DNA of 64,000 bases from Camelus dromedarius. Lineage: Eukaryota. The notes beneath the pieces were generated by a model, which saw nothing but the letters and a program-made list of their open reading frames with translations, did no database searches and was not told the origin of the DNA. Shown here piece by piece: positions 52,921 to 64,000 of this stretch. Location: contig NC_087436.1 of the NCBI RefSeq assembly GCF_036321535.1, positions 66,900,001 to 66,964,000 of the forward strand, written 5' to 3'. Numbering within the stretch: position 1 is the first letter of the stretch; each line of letters begins with the position of its first letter. The translations under genes were made by a program, and so were the position numbers.

Positions 52921-55900
52921 TTTAATATCATCATCAACATGCTTATCATCATCTCTAGTGACAGAACAAACAGGATGGATTTATTAGACAGGAAAATTCC
53001 TACACACACTTAACAAATATATATGTCAGGCTATGTCTTTACATATCACAGTAATACCCTTCTCTGACCTTTGGTTCTAAGTTAACAGAACCAAGTGTCT
53101 TCTTTTGGAAGAAAAGAGCATAAATTTTGAATAACAAAGCCAAAACAGCTTTCTCTTAAGGAGTTAACTGAAGGTTTTCTCAACAAGTAAAGGCATTTAA
53201 ATGAAGAAAATAAATTCATAATAGAAAAATTTATAATAGAAGGAGTAAAAAAGGAAATTAAGAAAGGACATAAGTAGGAGTAATCAAAACAATACAAGAC
53301 TGAAGCAGCTTGTATTAGAAAAAGAAACAATTAAGAATTAGAGGGAAAAAAACAATCTAGTTTTAGATCTTGTTTGGGAGCTGGGCTTCAGAGTTTTTCA
53401 AAGTCAGATAACACTTCAGTGAGGAAAAATATGTGCCAAGTGCGTTTTAATTAACGGTAAGAGCTAAAGTAGTTAGTATTTTCCTTTCCTTTAAACAGGA
53501 TATGTCCACTTTAGTAGTAGAGAGCTGAAATGACAGAATACAAATAAAGAGAGAAATTCTTTTGTCTTTAGGACCAAAGAAAGTAAGACTCCTTCGGAAA
53601 GAACAGCGGTATGCGGGGATGACTGGAGATCAGAGTTACATTTAGTTGTTCATCTGATCTTTCTATGCGGAAAACCAGAAACATTTGTTGTGATTAGCAG
53701 TTGTAAATCAAAAGCTCTAAGAAGCCTTTAAAAACTATGTTATAAATTAGCAACTAATCGGACAAAATAGGGAAAAGGAACATGTATTTTTCTCCAGCAG
53801 CCAGGGACATATATCTCCTCCTTTTTTCACCTTATTATGTAAAACTAGTAATATTTATAATACTAAAGCTGAAAAAAGGGCTTCCAGTGTTACATTTTTC
53901 ATCTGAAATACATTGAAAACTCTGAAAATTATCATCTTTGGAATGATGAAAATACTGTCTGCCAAATAAAGAGGAAAATAAAGGAGAGAAGAAGGGAGAC
54001 AAGGAGTAAGAATGATGGAGAGAGACAAGACAGAGAGAAAGAGTACTCTTAGGGAATCTGAGTTTACAGTTATATTTTCATCAATATCTAGGTTATTGTC
54101 ATGGCATAAGAAATGAGGAAGTATCACTGAATATAAATAGAGTTTGACTGCACATGTATCACTTTAGATCATACAGAACCACCATCTTTTGTATTTACAA
54201 AGTCATCACATTTAGCAATTTCTTATAATTGTTCCCAATTTAATATAACTTCTTCCTATTAAAAGTAAGTCAAATATTTAAGCTATATAATAATTATACA
54301 ATCTTGATTTTAGTTATGATTCCTTTAGCATTACTGACTACATATAAATCTAAATAGAATTAGTTCTTTTTATACCTTCCCCTACAATTGTCATATGTTG
54401 ATCTTTGAATCTGGTTTTTAAAAGCAAGTAGCAGTTATTATGTTTCTTTACATCAGGGCTTAAGTCTTCTCCATGCTTGTCCTTTGGCTATACGTTTCTT
54501 TTCTATCCCATATAACTCTAACAACTGAGCTTTATTGATTCTTTAAATTACAAAATAAAATGAGGTGCCTTCTGGGAACTTAGAAAGTCAGTATTTTTTT
54601 TTCTTAAAGTTTATATATATTGAAGCCAAACAAAAGTGTATTTGAAGCTAACTATACACTCAGAGTTCTTGGAAATCATATCTAATCTACTTCAGTTTCA
54701 ATTTCCTCAATTATAAAACAGAAACAACAGTATATTTCTGGCAGGGTTATTGTCAGAGTTAAATTGTTTCTATACACCTGGCATAGAGCTGGGTCTAAAA
54801 ATGTATGAATATGTGCTGCTTTTTTTCCTGTTAACAGTTCTGTTTCACCCATTAGAACATAAGGACAATTGCCTTTATTATGAGGCTGATTGTTTAATTT
54901 AGATGAGCCAACAGAGAAGTGACAACTATTTTAATTGTCCTATTTTATTATGAAATGTTTCCTCATTTTTCATACTGTATTTGGTTTTTTTTTTTTTGAA
55001 CCCATTTCTTTTGAACTTCCCACAATCAATTAAGAATTACATGAAAATACTTTGAAATAGAAGTCTCTTCCAGTTAAAAAAAAGTTCTACCTGAAATCTG
55101 TGTAATCTCAGAATTGGTGGGGAGGTGAAGAATCATTTAATCATTTAATTTACTGTAGAGAGGAAATTTCAAAGGTCACACCAGGTTCATGAGGTGCAGA
55201 GGCTGTTTCCAAGTCAGAATCCTTACACAATCTCTTCACTCACATTATACAGTCCAGTTTTGATTTTTTGCTTTCCTACCCCATCCCCAAATGAAACAAA
55301 AGCAACAAAACAAACGAAACTTGAATAAAATGGCACTTCAATACTCCAACAGCCAAACAAAAAAAAAAGTGTTCACGTACAGGAGTGGAGAATTAAGGTA
55401 AAATAATTTATGTGCACAAGAGTGCAAAAAGCGAAAAAGTCAGAAATGAGAGTTCTTAATCTACAACCCAATCGATCTCTCTCACTCAAGCACAGCATGT
55501 ATATTGGGTTTATTTCAAAAGTTTTTTTCTTCCCCCAATTTGAATATTCAGATAGAAAACATGCTGTAAATTCTTGATTTTTTTGTGTAGCCTAGTCATA
55601 GGGCCTCTATTGTCCAGGGTCAGAGCTTCATGCTCTTAGAAGCTCCTCTCACTCACACTTTGCTTTGCTCACTGAGTCTTGCTTTGCTTTATTTGTTCCA
55701 TTCCCCTGTCCCTGCACAATCCTTCTACCTTAAAATGCCTTTCCACTTCCTCAGTTTGGGATCTGAATATCGGTACAAAGATCTCCTCCAGAAGACCCTG
55801 GTGGCTCCTAGGTCATTCCGGGATGCCTCTGCCTCGGATGGACAGTGTAGTGCTGCTCACACAGATGTCAGATTCAGCCCACTAGGGATTTGAGTCAGGG

Positions 55901-55937
55901 TGACAAAATTAAGTGGAGCTCAAATGCATTTTAATGG

Positions 55938-56165
55938 AGAACGTATAACATAGTGGAAAGACACAGATTTGAAACAAACACACCTGGGTGAAAATGTCAG
56001 TTTGCCACTTTCGAGTTTTAGTTTGAGTGATTTTCACAAAATTAACCTCACTGAGCTTCAGTTACCCCAGAAACTATGGCTCACAGGATGCTGTCAAGCT
56101 TAAAAGAGAGAATGTGAATAAAACATTTAACAGTACCGGCACACGGCAGGTCTTCACACACGTGT
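55938..56165 (+). mobile_element. MIR SINE
   Basis: GTATAACATAGTGGAAAGA, CCTGGGT, TGCCACTT, TTAACCTCACTGAGCTTCAGTT, CTCACAGGATG and GGCACA. Confidence 0.75.
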
Positions 56166-59100
56166 CAACCCTTCTTCTTCCTTATCGTCCCATTTAAGAT
56201 ACCGTGACAAGTTCGGTGTTCAGAATTGTCATTTATTGTCAGTTTTTGTCATTTGCTGTCATTTATTGGCCTTATTTCTTGGGATCTCTATTATTTTTAG
56301 TATATTATTGCTTTTTACACTGACTTGAAAGTCAAACTATTCCCTTTGGCCCACTTTCGTATTTTCTAGGAACAAGATTTTTTTTCTCTGCAGCTTTTAT
56401 TCCATTCTCTACTAACTTCAGAAGAAAATAATTTAAGTTCTCCTGAGATCTGATCATGGGAACACTGTGGCCAGTCTCTCCCTTGATGAGGCAGGTCTCC
56501 CTTGGTTAAGACTTTCACCTTCATCAGATTTTTTCAAATCTCAGACTTTTTTCCCCCCCAACACTGTGCCTCCTGAGTGATTAATTTATTCTTCCTTCAG
56601 TCCTTGATCGAAGTTTGTTATTAATGGCATCTCCAGTCCTGTAACATATATTTAATTCCTTGCAGCATGCCTGGTTGGCTCAGTTTATTTCCCTCTCAAA
56701 TTGAAAGTAAAATTTTCACTCTTACTCTCATACACACTCACACTCAGAAACGTCCTTAGTTGTTAAAGACCCCGACATGAGGAGCTGAGCGGTTGCAGAC
56801 TGGACTGGACAGAGAGGGCCCCCACCTCCCAGGGTTCCACATGTCCCAGAAGGCTAGGTTACCATCCCAGGGTGGTGGCAGCAACACCAACAAATGTTAG
56901 TTCACAAAACAAAAGCAAACAAACAAACTCCAGCACTTCACCTAGGGTTGTTTTTTATTAAAATTGCTTTCAACTTTTAAAGCTAACTGGCATGTAGTGA
57001 GGATTTTCTCTGTGCCAAGTACTACACTTCATGAGCCTCCAATCTTTAAAATCTAATCCAGGTTTCAAAATCATCAACAATGCTTTTTACTGTGGGAGGC
57101 AGCGGAAAATGTTTTTCCTATGTATTAGCTTCTAACGTTATGTGCTGAGAGCACTCACATCTCGGGGCCTGGCAATAAAGCATGGAAGAAATCAGACCAT
57201 AAAAGTAAAGTGCTATCCTTGAGTATGATTCCAAGGCAACTGCTAACAGATGTTTTCCTCTTGTCCCCAGTGGGAAAAAAGTTCCTGTTTTGGGTTTACC
57301 TTTATTTTCATCTGAACGAAGCGTGAAGTTCCCCCAAGTTTAAGTGCATTATCTGTTGCTGCTTGTCTATGGCCCTGAAGAGGAGACCTGACTTAAGTTG
57401 GCTTTATTATTACTGTGTAAATGCCCTCGCCACCCACTCTTTCCAACCGCTGACTGTCAAAAAAAAAAAAAAAAAAAAAAAAGCTACTGCTGTCACAAAA
57501 CAAGGAGTCCTCACTGTTGTGACATTTCATTTATCTGGGCAGCAACATGCTTGAAAACAGACTGCCTAGTTCTAAGTAAAGGATGGAAGACAATCAAACC
57601 CGGTTAGGCAAACCAGTGTTGACATATTAAATCATGCTTGAACTGAGAGAGCAAAAACAGACACACACAAAACCTCCTGAAGAGAGTTTTAAATAAATAA
57701 ATAATACAGGTCAGTCTGGTTCTAAAAAAAGAAGCTTTTAGCATTGGAAAGTATTGGGACTAGATGGATATGGGGAAATCATACACAGGGGCCAGTGATT
57801 ATGCTGCTTTCTGACTATGAGGTGCAAAACTAGAGGCAGTGTGGTAGAGGGAGCAGGAGGGACACTGGGAAACCTTGGCAAAATCATGTCACATTACTGT
57901 CCAATCCATAAAATGGAAAATAAAATTTTGATTGTCCCATCCTTTATGTAAAAAATGTCCTAATGGATTCCCTTCTAAGCGCTTTGAATTCATCAGAAGA
58001 AAAGCCTTTATGCATATGGAGGAGTATATTATTAGTCTCCTGCACAATCACACAGCAGGAACTTTGCAGCGTTCATTCTCTAAGTTGGATTCCTGCTAAC
58101 AATTCCATCAAAGAAATGGAGTTATCCATCAGTCAAATTATCATTTGCTCTAATTGTTACTTCCCTCAAACTGTGGCTCTTCTTTCTCTCCTTTCCTGTT
58201 CTTTTTTTAAACTATACCTTAACAGCACTCAAATGAGCAGGATATCTTCAAGCTCAGAAAAGATCAAAGCATATCAACGAATCACTTGAGTTCTTGTGGA
58301 TGAATCCCTACTGATCAGCCTTAAATGCAGACAAAACAATTAAACATGGAAGAGAATCAAATAATAAAAGCTAAGATATGAACCACATCCATGACCAGAA
58401 ATAATAAAGAATACAGAAGCATTTTCATGTAATGATAACCAGTTATGAGACCATGAATAGCTTAGAACTCATCTTTGTATTGTTACAGCTAATGAATGAT
58501 ACACTTTCTAGAAAAAACTATGCTGGGGCTAATGGCTCCATGCCTTCCTGCTTTATAATAATTGGCATGTCCTTCTGGAATAATGTACAAACTAAATTTA
58601 AAGGCAATGAATTATACTATTTAAGTAAACAGCATACTTAACCTTTTTTTCCTGAGTAGTATAAACTCAAGGTATAAATAAGTCAATTAGATAGATTGAT
58701 ACCTACAAATTCAGCTAAGCTTCTTATTAGTTGCTTAGATAGTTACTGTTCTGCGCAACCCTCTGAAGTAGTTAAGTAGATTTTTCAAGGTGTGCGGGAT
58801 GTGGACTACATAAATTGAAGCAGGTAGAGCACAAAACATTAACATATTAATTGTAATAGAAATATGGCCCTAAGAAGAATCAGAGTTTTTTATTCAGGAT
58901 TATCATGGATGCTATATGTGATTACAAACACAAATCAATTTGTGATTAAGTGTGTTTGTATACTATTCAAAGAATAATAGTAGAACAAAGAATCTAAAGT
59001 TAAATATATGATTCTAATCCCAAGTCTAAAATGTGGTGGTGTGTGTGTGATACTGGGCAGGTGAATGCTCTCCCTACCTCCAAATCCTGGACCCCAATTT

Positions 59101-60206
59101 CTCTATCAGTTTACTGCTCATCATAAAATTTACAACTAATATGTTAAGTCCTGATTAGCTAAGGTAAGTCACAGAGTATGCTAAAACTGAAATATCTTAC
59201 CCCCCCCATTAAAGTTCTGTTTCTTCTGCAAAAAGGGATCATGTGTTTCACTTATTTTGCTGTAACGGAGAGCTTATGAAAGATTTCTGTCTGAATTACA
59301 TCTCCATTTTTGGTACTATGAAAAATATGATTATTATTATTGCAATAAATAGAACTGATACAGCACCTCTAAACTCGTGTCTTTTGTTCTCACTTTATTC
59401 AGGATGAAATTATTTATTATACTTACTAAGTTGGCTGATGACATAAAATGAAATTTTGTGGTATCATTTAGTATCCTTTATGTTAAAATTATTTTAAACA
59501 AAACAGTTTGCCTACTACTTTATATTTCCAAGGTTTATAAATGTTTCTTTTATAATTCTTTCTCAAAACCAAGGTGTCCTTTTACCTAAATTAATTATTA
59601 GAAATATTATTGTTGGAGTAGTTTTAGAGATTTTGATAAAAGAATATGGAAAAAATGTAAGGAAATGGAGGAATTTTTTCCATATGTTCTGCAAATCATT
59701 TTAATTCTAACACTACCTGCAGAAGAAGAAAAGTAAAAGGTAACTTTTTCTATATTCATTACAATGTTAAGATGTCAATTGTCATTAAAAGAAAAAATTT
59801 ACTTTATTTGACAAATATTTCACTTCAACTTTTTTTAGCTATTATCTTTAGTAAAATAACATGTTGACTAAAACATAAATGAAATGTACTTTGGAAAAAT
59901 AAACTACTTTTTATTTCTGATATAATGAATAACATTGAATTTTGCATTTGGTGAGTGGGGAGTGTTTCAGACAGGGATGTATATATCTTTCACTAATTCT
60001 ACCTTCCCGTTGGCCAGCAACAGTTTTTCAAAATTAAAAAGTTTTATATTTGGACACTGTATACTTACCGACTCCTCACTAAAGTTTAAAGTTTACTAGT
60101 TCACCAAAGGCTTTTGATTCCAATAACATGAAGGCCTAATAAAACCTGAAAATGCTCCAGGTATGAACACCTAGAAATGCTTAATTAAATAGAACAAAGT
60201 CTGGGC

Positions 60207-60611
60207 TGATAAAGTTAATTCATACATCGGGACTCACAAAATGGAGACCGCCTCAGTGGCCCAGCACATGTCACAAATCTAAACCTAAATCAGCCTTCAC
60301 TATGAGAAACGCCTGTCAAAGAGACCTAACATAACCATGACAATTCTCCAACTCAGTATTAGTTAGCGTACCTTACTCTAGAAAGTAGGAGGAAACCCCA
60401 CTTGTAAGGAAACCCCAATTCCTAGCCAATCATGCCTGTTTCCAAGTTGCCTCTTCTAAAGCACTAAAAAGCTCACTCTTGCTCAAAATCCCTCAGGAAG
60501 AGGGTCCCAACTGCTGCTGAGGCACTGTACTCCCCCAGTCCACGAATTATTGTGTCTTGAATAAAGGACATCAAACTCGTTACTAAATTGTTTTAGTTTT
60601 GTCATTTGACC
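60207..60611 (+). mobile_element. Solo ERV1-type LTR; start approximate
   Basis: AGCCAATC box at ~60424, TATA-like CTAAAAA, AATAAA at 60560-60565, and end TTTTGTCATTTGAC typical of MER4-group LTRs. Confidence 0.65.
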
Positions 60612-60944
60612 AGGCTCATTTGCTGTGTTTGGGTTTAATGCGGGGAAATTTTAAGAAAGTAATATATTGTGTAAGTCTGGGAAGAGAAATCCACAAGGGG
60701 CAGAAACAAAGAGGGAACCAAAGTGTGGCATGCTACCCGTTAGAGCTGGTTCCATCCTGCTGCTCTGCAGGCCTGGAGGGCTGAGGGCAGATGAGGGAGA
60801 CTGGACGACTTGGACTTCTATGCCCCAGGGTCCAGGAGAAAAGGCCAGAGCCTTAGGTCCTAATTGTGGAGCCCTTCAGAGAGTCTGAAACCTTGAAGAA
60901 CTAGCTGTACCCTCAAGAATGCACTGCTAATCCCAAACTCCATT

Positions 60945-61137
60945 ACTACATGCAAAATAGATAAACAACTAGGTCCTACTGTATAGCACACTATAAGGAA
61001 CTATATTCAATAGCTTGTAATAACGTATAGTAAAAAACAATATGTGGAAGAATATGAATATATATATTACATATATATATGTATATATATATCTGAATCA
61101 CTATACTGTACACCAGAAACTAGCACAACATTGTAAC
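60945..61137 (+). mobile_element. L1 3'UTR fragment
   Basis: AAAATAGATAAACAAC, CTACTGTATAGCAC, CTGAATCACT and CACAACATTGTAA match the other L1 3' ends in the window. Confidence 0.8.
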
Positions 61138-61314
61138 TGGGTAAAATGAGGCCCTTGTGCAAAAGGACAGCAAAAGAGACTTGAGTGAAGGCCTCTTCAT
61201 AAGGGTAAGAAATCACAGTCTTCAAGAATCAAAATATGTGGCCTTCCCTGGATAATTGGGGTGGAAATTTACAATAGACACCAAAAGCCACCAAACCTTA
61301 ATCCTAACTACTAT

Positions 61315-61412
61315 AATACTCCTTAATCCGAGCTACACATCACAGTCACCTAGGGAGCTTTAAAAAAATACCGATGACCCAGCCAGCACCACACAATGGA
61401 TTCAGAATCTCT
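61315..61412. mobile_element. MER5-like partial MITE
   Basis: CACATCACAGTCACCTAGGGAGCTTTAAAAAAATACCGATG...TCAGAATCTCT. Confidence 0.6.
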
Positions 61413-62049
61413 TATACTTGTGTCCAGCAATTTAAATTATTAAAATTACTGCATTGCACTAAAAAATATTGAGAAGAGCAGAATGAGATAAAAGTTGGTC
61501 TCAATAATGCCTCTTCAGTAAGAAGGAATGTTAACTCACGTGAGGAGCTCCTACAAGTCAATGATAAAAGACAAGAATTCCAAAAATGAATAGGTAATTC
61601 ATAAATTTGAGTGATTAGGACATGAGTGTCATTTGTACTTTTTTCTCTACTTCGTTGTAGTGCAATCTTCCCCCTAATTTTCCAGTACTGTTTATTAATA
61701 ACAGTAGAAAGGATTGACAGTAAATATGGGATTCCAAAGTCATGAAGCAATTAGTAAAAATAAAACATTTTCATTAGGTCTAATACTGTCAAAAGTTACA
61801 TGATTATAATCTATATCAAAAACTGTATTAAGGAACATCTGGAGGGGAAGATAAATACGTAATTAATGCATAATAGTCATGAAACAACATGGATAGTGCA
61901 ATATTTCAACACATATTCAAAGGAATTAGGATAAATACATGTCTCTTCTTGCTCTTAGGTCTACATGGTCCTAAAATTTATCTGTATCTCAGTTTCCTCA
62001 TCTGTAACACAAAGAAGAAAAGAACATTCACTCCAAGAGTCCTTTATAT

Positions 62050-62210
62050 TAGTGCTTCTCAAACTTAGACGCACATAAATAACGCCAGGGATCTTGCTAA
62101 AATGCACATTCAGATTCAGCTTTTCTAATGGAGAGGCCTGAGAGTCTGCATTTCAAAAGTTCTCAGGTCGTGCTGATGTTGCAGGTCTATGCACTGCTCC
62201 TGAAGTAGGC
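62050..62210. mobile_element. hAT-Charlie MITE (MER5A-like)
   Basis: AGTGCTTCTCAAACTT, GGGATCTTGCTAAAATGCA, GGCCTGAGAGTCTGCATTT and GCTGATGTTGCAGGTC. Confidence 0.8.
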
Positions 62211-63110
62211 CGACTTAAGATGCCTTAACAGGCTATCTCTGCAGGTGTATGTTGTATTATTTAACATTTCACACAGAAGGTAAGTTGGGCTCCGTCTGAT
62301 TTTGTATTTGGCTACAGTCACACAGCTACCAAACGAAGAGTGAGAAACTAAGAGCTGTATCACCTCAAAGCCCAAAGCCCTCCATTTACTGCATACAAAA
62401 ATCTCCTGGTGATTCCACAGATCGATTTTGAGGTTTTAAGTCTACTTAATGATTTTATGCCAGTGTTGGCTACTTTGATTCTTATCATTTGCATTCTTCT
62501 TTTTTTTTAACTTTTTGCCCTTAAGAATCTGAGAACAGACATAGAGAAGTATGCTGAATCACACTCAATGAGTTTTCAACATTAAATGTTTTTGTATACA
62601 TGACTTTTCCCTTGAGAGCTATGCTGATTTATGTTATCGGACTTTGTGAAAATCTTTCTGCTGCTATCTGAAGCAAATGATAAAAGAAACAAACAATAAA
62701 ACAGAAGGACTACATTTTGATTTCCCAGCACATTTAAATATCATGGATTTTACAACAGTTCTGAATATATCAATTCAGATATATGATGATATATAATGGC
62801 CTTTATCATTAAACATTTTTTTCTGATAATTATTTTTCTATATTATTTCTAGGTTTCTATATTCTATATCAATGTATATGTTATAGTTCTATATAAATTT
62901 ACTATAATAAAAGTAGCTTATCCAGTGCATCACATTTTAATAAATATTTATTATTAAGAAGTGTTTTGTTCAGTACGAACCACCTGAACATGAATATAAT
63001 CATAAATTTTCCACCCATTTGATCATAATGGAGCTCAAGTTCATTAATGCTACAATTCCTTTGCATAGTAACAATATGCAATGTGCCATCATCATAATAA
63101 AACATCCTAG

Positions 63111-63276
63111 CGGGGGAAGGGGTAGCTCAGTGGTAGAGCGTGTGCTTAGCATGCACAAGGTCCTGGGTTCAATCCCCAGTACCTCCCTTAAAGTATGTAA
63201 ATAAGTAAATAAATAACCTTATTACCGCCTCCCCCCAAAATTTTTGAAATTAATTAATTAATTAATTAAAAAATAG
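63111..63276 (+). mobile_element. tRNA-Ala-derived SINE (camelid Vic-1-like)
   Basis: TAGCTCAGTGGTAGAGCG...CTTAGCATGCAC...GGTTCAATCCC, then a tail with (TAAT)n. Exact 16-bp TSD TAATAAAACATCCTAG at 63095-63110 and 63277-63292. Confidence 0.93.
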
Positions 63277-64000
63277 TAATAAAACATCCTAGAGACCTAC
63301 CCAAAGTAAAATGTACACAGTAGTCATTATGTGTTAAATATTGTTAATTAAATATTGTTAATATGAGGTACAATATTTATTTGTACAAACATGTAAGTAT
63401 ACATGTAAGGGTGGGAAAGGGAGACTCAAGATTTTCACAAGTATACTTTCACGAATGAGAAAGTAGGAGTAAAAAATCAAGATCATAAACTTGTCCAGGA
63501 GGGATTATAGAATGTTTGATATTTTTATTTCCTTTCCTTTATTGCAAAATCTACTTTTTTCTTTTTTTTTTACTATACATATACAGCAGAAGATTTACAA
63601 GTTACTAACAATTGCTGGACTGGTGAAATGTTAAGTTCTTAAAAAAGAAAAGGCTTTTATTCTTTCAACGGGTATGATAACTTACAAGTCGCCATCCACC
63701 AATACTACTCATAAATAGAGTTGTTTCATGTTTGATATGCACGTATTTGACCCTAGGTATCATTAGGAATTCTCAATCCTTAAGACAGTATAACATGCAT
63801 GTGAATAGCCTCTCTTAGCAGGTAATTTGAGGAAGTAGCAGCTCTTTTATTTCTCAGATTTTAACGTGCACATACATTTTTAAATACAATTTTAGAAAGA
63901 AAGTAGATATACACAAATTGATTACTGTAATATAATAGATCCCTGCACTGAAAGCTCCCTCTGCTTGTTAAGCATACATGTTCTGCATACTCTTGACATG

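Noticed and set aside
57459..57482. A24 run as a possible retrocopy tail
   Set aside because: No upstream polyA signal, convincing TSD or recognisable parent sequence.
63116..63187. Genuine tRNA-Ala gene
   Set aside because: Mismatched acceptor stem, SINE-type tail, exact TSD and two more diverged copies in the window point to a SINE.
1..64000. Remaining 60-120 aa ORFs, CRISPR-like arrays or prokaryotic systems
   Set aside because: The ORFs are low-complexity chance frames in AT-rich mammalian DNA; no repeat-spacer array or operon structure is present.

Overview
AT-rich mammalian genomic DNA, most likely camelid, judging by three tRNA-Ala(AGC)-derived Vic-1-type SINEs. It reads like a large intron or intergenic region. 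The dominant feature is a full-length ~7.1 kb LINE-1 (9619-16710, +). It has a 14-bp TSD, a CpG-rich 5'UTR with a YY1 site and a ~400-bp inter-ORF spacer. ORF1 and ORF2 have no frameshifts and are broken by only three point nonsense codons. The rest is older repeats (L1 fragments, MLT1 and ERV1-like LTRs, hAT MERs, MIR, L2) and microsatellites. I could not identify any host gene. The leads not explained by repeats are a minus-strand exon candidate at 46407-46645 (plus weaker ones at 37.8-39.4 kb), a diverged ~200-bp direct duplication at 35.5/36.8 kb, and a long ORF0-like antisense frame in the L1 5'UTR. Repeat subfamily names come from recalled consensus sequences and need RepeatMasker/Dfam confirmation.
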